Assembly (NCBI GenBank): GCA_042408215.1
Contig: JAYFMW010000017.1
Coordinates: 480,001 to 544,000 of the forward strand
DNA: 64,000 nucleotides
From: Microcoleus sp.
GTDB lineage: Bacteria; Cyanobacteriota; Cyanobacteriia; Cyanobacteriales; Microcoleaceae
Direction of reading: 5' to 3'
The notes below the pieces were generated by a model. The model was not told where the DNA came from and did not search any database. It was given only the letters and a program-made list of their open reading frames with translations. Below, in pieces: positions 1-8,589 of the stretch. The position numbers and the translations under genes are program-made. Positions within the stretch are counted from its first letter, which is position 1. Each line of letters opens with the position of its first letter.

Positions 1-2
1 GG

Positions 3-410
3 AATAATCCGCCAGTGGAGTTACTGGTGCTTTCTGCTTGTCGTACAGCACTGGGAGACGAACAAACTGAATTGGGTTTTGCTGGCTTCGCATTTCAAGC
101 GGGAGTTAAGTCTGTTTTGGCGAGTTTGTGGTATGTTTCAGATGAAGGTACTTTGGCGTTGATGAGCGAGTTTTATCAACAATTGAAAACAGCCCCAATT
201 AAAGCAGAAGCTCTCAGACAAGCACAGATTGCTATGCTTAGGGGTGATGTCCGCATTGAACAGGGGGTATTGCGGGGCTCCTTTGCTTTCTCCTCGAAGA
301 GGGCTGGGAGTGAGGTGCCGATTAGCCCAGAATTGGCAAGCATGGGCGATCGCAATCTTGCTCATCCCTATTATTGGGCTGCTTTCACAATGATTGGCAG
401 TCCTTGGTAA
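3..410 (+). CDS. CHAT (caspase-like) domain protein, C-terminal part (5' truncated by window)
   Basis: LLVLSACRTA, SVLASLW.V.D and HPYYWAAF.MIGSPW motifs typical of cyanobacterial CHAT domains; frame open to the window edge. Confidence 0.9.
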   Translation, partial: NNPPVELLVLSACRTALGDEQTELGFAGFAFQAGVKSVLASLWYVSDEGTLALMSEFYQQLKTAPIKAEALRQAQIAMLRGDVRIEQGVLRGSFAFSSKRAGSEVPISPELASMGDRNLAHPYYWAAFTMIGSPW

Positions 411-532
411 ATTGTAGCCTTTCTCAGGTACATTAGGTACTCCTGGGCATGGGGCATGGGTCATGGGGCATGGGTTATTAGAACTAACAACTAACTCATG
501 ACTTCTTCTATATTGATTTGTAATTATGAGTT

Positions 533-2305
533 TTGGCAATAATCACAGTGGCGATATTTAACAGACAGAAATTTGCAAAAATCGCGGTTCAGATACCTAA
601 AAATTTAGGATGGGCGATCGCCTTTTTCAGCGGTATTTTGATGGCCTTGACAACCGCACCAGTTAATGCTTGGCTATTCGCGTGGTTCGCCTTAGTTCCC
701 CTATGGATTCTGGTTGTCAGTTACGAACAGCGAAAAACAGAAGAAAAAACACAAAAATTTCTTTTTCTTCCCTCTTCCTTCTTGCTTCTTCCTTTACTCT
801 GGGGAATTGGCTATCACGGATTAGCTTTATCTTGGATTATGGGAATTCACCCGATGACTTGGTTGGGGGTTCCTTGGTGGCCGAGTTTGGCGATCGCACT
901 TTTTTGTTGGGCTTTCATCACTCTCTGGGGAGCCACATTAGTCGCCGTCTGGGCGTGGCTATTTGTAACTTTCAACTCTCTCTCTTTAGTGGGAAAAATT
1001 TCCCTTCTTGACTCCCCCCCTTTACAAGGGGGGGCTGGGGGGGGTAACTCCAAATTCTCAGCATTAATCCGCGTTTTAATTGGTACAGCTTTGTGGTGCG
1101 CCTTAGAAAGTCTTTGGAGCTCAACTCCGTTGTGGTGGACATCACTATCCTACACCCAAAGCCCGCACAATTTAGCAATTTTGCACCTGGGTCAACTCTC
1201 CGGGCCGAGTGCAGTAACAGCATCTATTGTAGCAGTAAATGGCTTAATTGCCGAAGCTTATATCGAAGGAAGTTCGGCAACGGATTCTGTAACGGATGTA
1301 ACGGATGGAATTCAACCCCCGCTTCGCTTACCCCCTTGGGCGAGGCAGAAAAAAGTAAAAGGAAATAATTGGATTTTTTATATTTTGCCTGTAAGTTTGT
1401 GTCTATTTTTGCATATTATCGGCTGGAGTTTATATAATCGCCTCTTAATTCAAGAGGCGGGAACGGCATTAAAAATAGGCATTATTCAAGGCAATATTCC
1501 GAACGAGATTAAGTTTGACTCAAAGGGCTGGCGTCGGGCTTTGGAAGGTTACACGGCTGGATACCAAAAGTTAGCAGATAGAGGTGTTGATGCTGTGCTA
1601 ACTCCAGAGACGGCTTTGCCTTTTTTCTGGACAAATGAGTATCAGCGTTCTACTCTTTCTTTTTACCAAGCGATTCTCGATCGAGGCGTTACGGCTTGGG
1701 TGGGAGGCTTTGGACAGCAAGATGATAGTATGACTAATAGCTTATTTGCGATCGACAAAACAGGAGAAATTATCAGCCGCTATGATAAACTCAAGCTAGT
1801 ACCTTTAGGCGAATATATTCCTTTTTATGAACTTTTAGGCGGGATTATTAATCGGCTTTCTCCTTTAGATGCTCATTTAGTACCGGGGAATTCTAAGCAA
1901 TTGTTTGATACGCCTTTTGGCCGTGCGATAGTCGGTATTTGTTACGATTCGGCTTTTGCTGAAATTTTCCGATATCAGGCGGCGAATGGGGGCGAATTTA
2001 TGCTCACAGCTTCCAACAATGCTCATTATAAACCACCGATGCTGGCGCAACACCATGCTCTCGATGTAATGCGGGCAATTGAGACGGATAGATGGGCGGC
2101 GATCGCCACTAATACGGGTTATTCTGCGTTTGTAAATCCTCACGGCGAAACGCTATGGATGTCTCGAATTAATACTTATGAAGTCCAAGATGCTGCTATT
2201 TATCGGCGACAAACTCAGACTTTGTATGTGCGCTGGGGCGATCGGCTGACACCTTTATTGTTAGTTTTGGCTGGATTAGCGATGTTTGTTATCAGAATTA
2301 AGTAG
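533..2305 (+). CDS. lnt: Apolipoprotein N-acyltransferase
   Basis: Multiple TM helices, then nitrilase fold with IIQGNIP, LTPETA, YDKLKLVPLGEYIP, GICYDSAF, RAIETDR; exact start uncertain. Confidence 0.92.
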   Translation: MAIITVAIFNRQKFAKIAVQIPKNLGWAIAFFSGILMALTTAPVNAWLFAWFALVPLWILVVSYEQRKTEEKTQKFLFLPSSFLLLPLLWGIGYHGLALSWIMGIHPMTWLGVPWWPSLAIALFCWAFITLWGATLVAVWAWLFVTFNSLSLVGKISLLDSPPLQGGAGGGNSKFSALIRVLIGTALWCALESLWSSTPLWWTSLSYTQSPHNLAILHLGQLSGPSAVTASIVAVNGLIAEAYIEGSSATDSVTDVTDGIQPPLRLPPWARQKKVKGNNWIFYILPVSLCLFLHIIGWSLYNRLLIQEAGTALKIGIIQGNIPNEIKFDSKGWRRALEGYTAGYQKLADRGVDAVLTPETALPFFWTNEYQRSTLSFYQAILDRGVTAWVGGFGQQDDSMTNSLFAIDKTGEIISRYDKLKLVPLGEYIPFYELLGGIINRLSPLDAHLVPGNSKQLFDTPFGRAIVGICYDSAFAEIFRYQAANGGEFMLTASNNAHYKPPMLAQHHALDVMRAIETDRWAAIATNTGYSAFVNPHGETLWMSRINTYEVQDAAIYRRQTQTLYVRWGDRLTPLLLVLAGLAMFVIRIK

Positions 2306-2419
2306 ACCAACCTAAAACAAACACAACACCCAGAACCCCGACTTATTAAAGAAGTCGGGGTTCTAAAAGCGAGCGCGTTTTACGTTAATTAATCCCTGTA
2401 TCCGTGTCAAAATCCGTGT

Positions 2420-2535
2420 TCTTCCTTCTTCCTTCTTCCTTTTTCCTTCTGACTGACCTCCGTTACATCCGTTATATCCGTTAAATCCGTGGAGCAAATC
2501 CGTTTTGCCGAACTTCCTTCTGACTTCTTCCTTCG
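2420..2535 (-). repeat. GAAGGAAGTTCGGCAA/(GTAACGGAT)n short repeat element with flanking GAAGGAA runs
   Basis: Reverse complement of the element at 1265-1308, 16803-16866 and 27091-27235. Confidence 0.75.
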
Positions 2536-2539
2536 GACT

Positions 2540-3472
2540 TTACTTATCTTCGACCTGATTATGAACACTAGGAGACAAAGAAATTAAATCTTCGATATTG
2601 CGCTGAATGGTAGCACAAATATTATCCAAGGGCAAATCATTTGGATCGTGACCAAAAGGATTTTCGATTTCAATGCCAATTTCTTCGATTCCGAACAAAG
2701 TAAAACTCACTAAAGCTACTACTGGGGCTGTTCCCCAACCCAAATCTTTCACCATTTGAAATGGCAGTGCTAATGAATAAAGTAACAATAGCTGTTTTAG
2801 ATGAATCGCATAGGCTAGAGGCATAGGGGTTCTCAAAATTCGCTCGCAACCACTCAAGGCCTCAATCATGTTATTGACTAACTGATTCATCGCAGTCAGC
2901 CGATAGACATCAAGGTTATTTTTATTGTGCTGTTGGGTCAAGTAATCTGCAATCCAAAAAGCAATTTCGAGCGGGGTATTGTTCGTTTTTTTGAGAATTT
3001 CATACTGATATGGCAATACAAAATGCTCTATTTCTGAGTTAATTTTCTCTTGGCGTAGGTGCAATTTCAGTGCGATTGCAAAAGCAATTAAAAGCCGTAA
3101 AGCTGACTTTTTTTCAAGGAATTCCTCCGGCTTATTGTCGCTAATAGATACCCAGATTTGACGCGCCAAATTCCGAACTGCAATGATTAAAGTTCCCCAA
3201 ATTCTCCTACCTTCCCAAAAGCGATCGTAAGCCGTATTTGTCCGAAAAACTAATAATAAGCCGAGGACAATGCTGGGTACAACGCTAGATAAGATTGGTA
3301 AAGATACTGGAATACCCAGAGAGTACAGCAGTGAAATAAAAAAACCAAAACCAGCGCACAGTATGACGCGGGGTAAAATTGAGGGAATGACAGACCCCCG
3401 GAACTGCAAGGCAACTCTAAACCAGGGTCGTTTTTCTGCAATCATGGAAATCTCCTCTTTCATTAAAATCAA
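2540..3472 (-). CDS. Bestrophin-family (YneE/VCCN-like) anion channel
   Basis: LLLVFRTNTAYDRFWEGR and GIEIENPFGHDPNDLPLD motifs; the true start is probably the ATG near 3444. Confidence 0.9.
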   Translation of the reverse strand: MILMKEEISMIAEKRPWFRVALQFRGSVIPSILPRVILCAGFGFFISLLYSLGIPVSLPILSSVVPSIVLGLLLVFRTNTAYDRFWEGRRIWGTLIIAVRNLARQIWVSISDNKPEEFLEKKSALRLLIAFAIALKLHLRQEKINSEIEHFVLPYQYEILKKTNNTPLEIAFWIADYLTQQHNKNNLDVYRLTAMNQLVNNMIEALSGCERILRTPMPLAYAIHLKQLLLLYSLALPFQMVKDLGWGTAPVVALVSFTLFGIEEIGIEIENPFGHDPNDLPLDNICATIQRNIEDLISLSPSVHNQVEDK

Positions 3473-3591
3473 GCATCAGGGGCTGTACAGGCTGTGTAAA
3501 TGCTTGCTATGGTTCTTTTTCGGCTCCGATTGAGTTCTGAGAGCATAGCATTTGCTGGGACTTACTATCGGGAGCAATTGTTACACTATTT

Positions 3592-3717
3592 GTGGGGTAA
3601 GGTGCGCCGAGGCGCACCCTACAGATGGCCGTCTGTGCGTAAGTCCTCATTTGTGTAAACAGGGGTAAGGTGCGCCGAGGCGCACCCTACAGATGGCCCT
3701 CTGTGCGTAAGTCCTGA
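3592..3717. repeat. Two tandem copies of a REP-like palindrome unit (GGGGTAAGGTGCGCCGAGGCGCACCCTACAGATGGCC...GCGTAAGTCCT)
   Basis: Direct duplication visible in the sequence. Confidence 0.85.
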
Positions 3718-3859
3718 TTTGTGCAAACAATCTTTGAATTTTACCAAAAAGACTCATCTTTAGGGCAATTTTCAAATCTCAAATTTAAAATCTCAAATTG
3801 ATTAATTCCGGTGCTTAAATTAGGTAATATTAGATATGTATCTTTAAACGCAATTTTCC

Positions 3860-6148
3860 GTGCAAGATTTACCCACCTCTAATTCCTCGCATCTTCATCG
3901 GTTGCCCAACCAACGGTGGCAAATCTATTCGCCTCAACCACAGCAAGCCGATCGGTTGGCCGCAGAAATCGGTTTGTCGCCACTGTTGGCACAGGTACTG
4001 ATTAATCGGGGCATCGATACACTGACAGAAGTGCAAGGATTTGTAGAGCCAGAATCTTTGGTTTTGCCCGCGCCAATGTATGAGTTTCCAGATTTGGCGG
4101 TGAGTGTGAGATTGTTGCGGGAGGCGATTTCTCAAGGACAAAAGATTGCTATTTGTGGCGATTATGATGCTGATGGGATGACGAGCACGGCTTTGTTGCT
4201 GCGAGCTCTGAGGGCTTTGGGGGCTAATGTGGATTATGCTATTCCGAGTCGGATGCGCGAAGGTTATGGGATTAACGATCGCATTGTGGAAGAATTTCAC
4301 TCGGAAGGTGTGGCTCTGATTCTGACTGTAGATAACGGAATTGCCGCTTTTGGACCGGTGAAAAGAGCGCGAGAACTCGGTTTAAAAGTTATTATTACAG
4401 ACCATCACGACCTGCCACCACAACTACCACCGGCTGATGCAATTCTTAACCCGAAATTAATTGCTGAATCTTCGCCTTATCGCGGTTTGGCTGGAGTCGG
4501 TGTTGCTTATGTTTTGGCAATTACTTTGGCTCAAGATTTAAAGAAAGTTGGCGGTTTGGTGAATCCGCTGCTGGAGTTATTTACGTTGGGAACTATTGCG
4601 GATTTAGCGCCTTTGACTGGGGTGAATCGCCGCTGGGTGAAGCGGGGTTTGCGACTTTTGCCTCACTCGCAATTGGCAGGAGTTCAGGCTTTGATTCAGG
4701 TGGCTGGTGTGCAGCCGGGAAGTTCTGAAACTCCTTTGATTCCTAATTTTAAACTCAAGGGCGGGCACGGGGGCACCGCCCCTACAACTCAAAATTCCTT
4801 GAAACCTGAAGATATTGGTTTTCGGCTTGGGCCTAGGATTAATGCTGTGGGCAGGCTTGCTGACCCTCAAATTGTGATAGAATTGTTGACGACGGACGAT
4901 CGCGAATTGGCTCTCAAAAGGGCGCAAGAGTGCGAACAAATTAATCAGCGCCGGCAGGAGTTGTGTATTGAAATTGAACAGGAAGCGATCGCTTGGTGCG
5001 AGGAAAGTTCGCTGAATTTGCAGCAGGAACGGGTTTTAGTTGTGGTACGGCCTGGTTGGCATCACGGGGTGATTGGGATTGTGGCTTCTCGGTTGGTGGA
5101 GCGCTACGGTGTGCCTGTGTTTATTGGTACTTTTGAGGGCGGGCACGGGGGCACCGCTGAGGGCGGGCACGGGGGCACCGCTGAGGGCGGGCACGGGGGC
5201 ACCGCTGAGGGCGGGCACGGGGGCACCGCTGAGGGCGGGCACGGGGGCACCGCTGAGGGCGGGCACGGGGGCACCGCTGAGGGCGGGCACGGGGGCACCG
5301 CTGAGGGCGGGCACGGGGGCACCGCCCCTACTGATTCGCCCTCTCAAATTGTGCGGGGTTCGGCGAGGGGAATTCCTGAGTTTAATGTATTTGATGGGCT
5401 GAATTTTTGCGCGGATTTATTGACTAAATTTGGTGGACACAAAGCAGCGGGCGGTTTTTCGATGCCGGCCCAGAATCTGGAAAGATTCCGCAGTCAACTT
5501 GCGGTTTTTGCTAATCAGTGTTTGCAGCCGGAACACCTCAAGCCGCTGGTTTCAGTTGATGTTCAAGCGGATTTATCTGAGATTAATCTGGATATTTATC
5601 GACAAATTGATGCTCTGGAACCTTGCGGTATTGAAAATAAGGCTCCTGTGTTTTGGACACCGAATGTTTGTATAACTGAACAGAAAATTGTTGGGAAAGG
5701 AAACCATGTTAAACTAACTGTAAGTCAAACTGGCAAAATACCAGCAAGTTTACAGGGGATTGCTTGGCGTTGGGGTGAATATTTTCCTTTGCCTCGCCTG
5801 GTTGATATTGCTTACCGATTGCGCGAAAATACTTTTAATGGCAAGACATCGGTGCAGTTAGAGTTGTTGGGAATTAGGCTGCCGGCATCGTTGGCTAATT
5901 CTCTGCCTCTAGTGTCGGGTCAAGCTGAGTTTGATTTGGGCGATCGCACTTATGCTTGCAGTTTATCTCGATCGGGCGATTTCCAGGAATTGAGAATTCG
6001 TAACTCTCAAGGCCTAGTTTTGGCAATTCAACCTGGACAAAAAACGGGTTTATTAGGCAATAACCGGGAAAATGCTCAGGAAGTTGATGTTTCTCGGCCT
6101 TTTTTCGAGAATTTGATTCAAACGGCTTTGAGGGCGCTGGGTATTTGA
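3860..6148 (+). CDS. recJ: Single-stranded-DNA exonuclease RecJ with in-frame repeat insertions
   Basis: GDYDADG, LTVDNG, TDHH, GTIAD, PRINAVGR, GSAR, GGHKAAGG motifs. Confidence 0.96.
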   Translation: MQDLPTSNSSHLHRLPNQRWQIYSPQPQQADRLAAEIGLSPLLAQVLINRGIDTLTEVQGFVEPESLVLPAPMYEFPDLAVSVRLLREAISQGQKIAICGDYDADGMTSTALLLRALRALGANVDYAIPSRMREGYGINDRIVEEFHSEGVALILTVDNGIAAFGPVKRARELGLKVIITDHHDLPPQLPPADAILNPKLIAESSPYRGLAGVGVAYVLAITLAQDLKKVGGLVNPLLELFTLGTIADLAPLTGVNRRWVKRGLRLLPHSQLAGVQALIQVAGVQPGSSETPLIPNFKLKGGHGGTAPTTQNSLKPEDIGFRLGPRINAVGRLADPQIVIELLTTDDRELALKRAQECEQINQRRQELCIEIEQEAIAWCEESSLNLQQERVLVVVRPGWHHGVIGIVASRLVERYGVPVFIGTFEGGHGGTAEGGHGGTAEGGHGGTAEGGHGGTAEGGHGGTAEGGHGGTAEGGHGGTAEGGHGGTAPTDSPSQIVRGSARGIPEFNVFDGLNFCADLLTKFGGHKAAGGFSMPAQNLERFRSQLAVFANQCLQPEHLKPLVSVDVQADLSEINLDIYRQIDALEPCGIENKAPVFWTPNVCITEQKIVGKGNHVKLTVSQTGKIPASLQGIAWRWGEYFPLPRLVDIAYRLRENTFNGKTSVQLELLGIRLPASLANSLPLVSGQAEFDLGDRTYACSLSRSGDFQELRIRNSQGLVLAIQPGQKTGLLGNNRENAQEVDVSRPFFENLIQTALRALGI
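5135..5331 (+). repeat. 8 x 24-bp tandem repeat GAGGGCGGGCACGGGGGCACCGCT in recJ, encoding (EGGHGGTA)8
   Basis: Counted directly; single copies at 4759-4786 and 18038-18065. Confidence 0.95.
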
Positions 6149-6249
6149 GGTATCAGCCGGGAATGGGAAATTGGCGATCGAGTTTTGGGAACTCTGAATA
6201 GTTAAAAACTCAAAACTCGAAACTCTCGATCGCCCGTACTATGCTAAAA

Positions 6250-6390
6250 TTACAAGTCGCCGCCCCTTGCTGCGAGCAGAAAAATCACGATCGGACCCGA
6301 AAGCACGACTGCTGCGAGCAAAGCTACCTGAACAATGAGTTGGATGCTGACAGGGCCACCACCATTGAATAGATCCGTTATAAAGTCCAT
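6250..6390 (-). CDS. psb30: Photosystem II reaction centre protein Psb30 (Ycf12), 46 aa
   Basis: Hand translation MDFITDLFNGGGPVSIQLIVQVALLAAVVLSGPIVIFLLAARGGDL; GP.VIFLLA.R.G.L C-terminus typical of Ycf12; AGGAGG RBS 4 nt upstream. Confidence 0.9.
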   Translation of the reverse strand: MDFITDLFNGGGPVSIQLIVQVALLAAVVLSGPIVIFLLAARGGDL

Positions 6391-6660
6391 GTGTCCTCCT
6401 GACTGTAGTGAATAAGTCTAGATTGTTGAATTAGAAAATCCGCTTCTGATTTTACCGGGCGATCGACCCTATTTTTTAAGGAAGTTTACAAAATTCAATA
6501 AAACGCAAACAAAGATCGACCACATACTGACTGGGAAATGGCGACTTGACCCCCTTTCGGGGTTCTCCCTCCGACCCTGGCAATTGATATACTTGAAGGG
6601 CCCAAGTGCTGAATCATGCTCCCAAGCTCAAATCTACCATCTAAAATCTAAAATTAAACT

Positions 6661-7041
6661 ATGGCTACTTGGCGTTGCGTAAAGCAGTGCGGTGCTTGTT
6701 GTTACCTAGACCCAACAGAGCGCCCTGACTTAGACGAGTATTTGTCAAATGACGAATTAGCGCTCTACTTGAGCCTAGTAGGAGAGGACGGTTGGTGTAT
6801 AAATTTTGACCGAAAAACGCGAGAATGCGGAATTTATGCCGATCGACCGCGCTTTTGTCGGGTAGAATCGGAAGTGTTTCAGGAACTATACGGTATTGAG
6901 CCTTCGGAGTTGAACGATTTTGCGATCGACTGCTGCTTAGAGCACATTGAAGACCTCTATGGCGATCGATCCTTGGAAATGATCCGCTTCAACCAAGAAG
7001 TGGGAACAGTCGCCCATCCTCACCACCGATCGAGTAATTAG
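6661..7041 (+). CDS. YkgJ-family CxxxCxxCC cysteine-cluster protein
   Basis: CVKQCGACC, WC..FD...RECGIYADRPRFCR. Confidence 0.88.
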   Translation: MATWRCVKQCGACCYLDPTERPDLDEYLSNDELALYLSLVGEDGWCINFDRKTRECGIYADRPRFCRVESEVFQELYGIEPSELNDFAIDCCLEHIEDLYGDRSLEMIRFNQEVGTVAHPHHRSSN

Positions 7042-7144
7042 CATCTGGTTTCGAGGAATGGCGCAGCTAGATCGGAAGTTCTGCTACCAACTCGTCTCGT
7101 TACAATGAAAAAGTCAAGGAAATATCACCTAGTTGAGTTGAGTA

Positions 7145-7471
7145 ATGAGCAATCGAGAGGGTTTTACAGGGGGATTTATGGCTGGGGCTGCGGTTGGCGG
7201 CTTAGTCGGCGCAGTTTTGGGGGCGGTGCTATCGAGGCGCGCTGCTGAGGCTTTGCTGACTGAGCCCTCAGAGGCCAAAGCCTTTCAGCGAAGTAACGGG
7301 AAAGCCAGCCAACTCGATCCCGAACGCATTGAAGTAGCAAGGCTGAGTTTAGAAGATAAAATTGCCCAGCTAAATCAAGCAATAGATGACGTGCGACTAC
7401 AACTCGGCGACGTGAATGGGAACGTAAAGGTACACAACAGCGAGGGATCGAGCATCGCTAAAGACTCCTGA
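7145..7471 (+). CDS. Conserved cyanobacterial protein with Gly-zipper N-terminus and coiled coil
   Basis: GF.GGFMAGAAVGGLVG; ARLSLEDKIAQLN.AIDDVR.QL; usual neighbour of yggT. Confidence 0.75.
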   Translation: MSNREGFTGGFMAGAAVGGLVGAVLGAVLSRRAAEALLTEPSEAKAFQRSNGKASQLDPERIEVARLSLEDKIAQLNQAIDDVRLQLGDVNGNVKVHNSEGSSIAKDS

Positions 7472-7691
7472 ATCAATTTCAGATTTGAGATGCGCTGGCG
7501 GACGGCCTTCGCCTAACCGAAAGCAGCCTGGGTAGAAGCCCCCGGATTTACCCGTGGGGTCGCTTTCTTCAATTTTTCAATTCTTCAATCCAAAATCTCA
7601 AATCTCAAATCCAAAATCGATTCACTCCCCCAGGTATGCTAAACTCAAAGTCAAAGCATATCTAAACTGTACTCAAACATCAGCAAAATTT

Positions 7692-7982
7692 ATGAGTTAT
7701 TCAATAGGTCTTTTGGCTACCACGCTGGCGACATTTCTACAAATCTATCTAGTTCTGATGATTTTTAGAGTGCTGTTAAGCTGGTTTCCCAACATCAATT
7801 GGTACGACCCCCCGTTTTCGATTTTGAGTCAATTAACAGACCCTTACCTGAATCTATTCCGATCGATTATTCCCCCCTTGGGAGGGATTGACTTTTCTCC
7901 GCTGATTGCATTTTTTGTACTTCAGTTCGGCTCGGAATTCTTGATCAGTCTTTTAAGCAACTTACAACGAACACCATTTTAG
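7692..7982 (+). CDS. yggT: YggT/YlmG (Ycf19) membrane protein
   Basis: RVLLSWFPNINW..PPF..LSQLTDPYLN.FR..IPPLGGIDFSP; start re-placed to ATG 7692. Confidence 0.92.
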   Translation: MSYSIGLLATTLATFLQIYLVLMIFRVLLSWFPNINWYDPPFSILSQLTDPYLNLFRSIIPPLGGIDFSPLIAFFVLQFGSEFLISLLSNLQRTPF

Positions 7983-8095
7983 ATAGAAACCGCCAAGGCA
8001 TTTATTGCAGTCGCCAAGGCGCTTAGGTCATTGAGTGCATTTCGACTTCGCTCAATGACCAGATTTGTTTCTAACGCTCTATACCAAACTTGAGA

Positions 8096-8527
8096 TTAGC
8101 GACGAACGAGGCCTGTAAAACCAGTAGCTTTAAATTGCTTCAGTTTTAAAGGTGTTGGTTGATTAGCCGACACAGAGATTCTAAGTTGAAAATCGCTGAT
8201 TCCGGGGGGAACTTCTTCTATGGAACCCAAACGAGTGCGATTCTGCATCACCGGATTATCTTCAGCATCATAAATGCGGCCGAAAATATCAGCATTAACA
8301 ACGGGTTTGTTAGTGCTATTTTCGGCTTTCCCAGCGATCAGAAAGCAATTAGCTTCCATAGAACTGCCGCTGGTGACAGTTCCTTCTGCCATTTCTGCCG
8401 GACATTCGTGATAAGAAAGATCCGAGAGTTTAATTTGTGTCAGAGCCCAAGCAGGTGGAGTGAATGCTAAACTAAAAATTCCGATCAGACAAGTAGCGAA
8501 AAAAAGGCTGATAGCTCTAAATTTCAT
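8096..8527 (-). CDS. Conserved cyanobacterial secreted/lumenal protein, function unknown
   Basis: Signal peptide ending AWA; NADIFGRIYDA..NPVMQNRTRLG conserved-looking core. Confidence 0.7.
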   Translation of the reverse strand: MKFRAISLFFATCLIGIFSLAFTPPAWALTQIKLSDLSYHECPAEMAEGTVTSGSSMEANCFLIAGKAENSTNKPVVNADIFGRIYDAEDNPVMQNRTRLGSIEEVPPGISDFQLRISVSANQPTPLKLKQFKATGFTGLVRR

Positions 8528-8589
8528 AAGTCAAAGCGCAAGTATATTTTAACTCTTAGCTTAGCGCGATTTCAGTCGCAAATTGCTAC

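Noticed and set aside
7532..7561. IS200/IS605-like hairpin AAGCCCCCGGATTTACCCGTGGGG (similar at about 51338-51356)
   Set aside because: Short dispersed REP-like relic with no definable element boundaries
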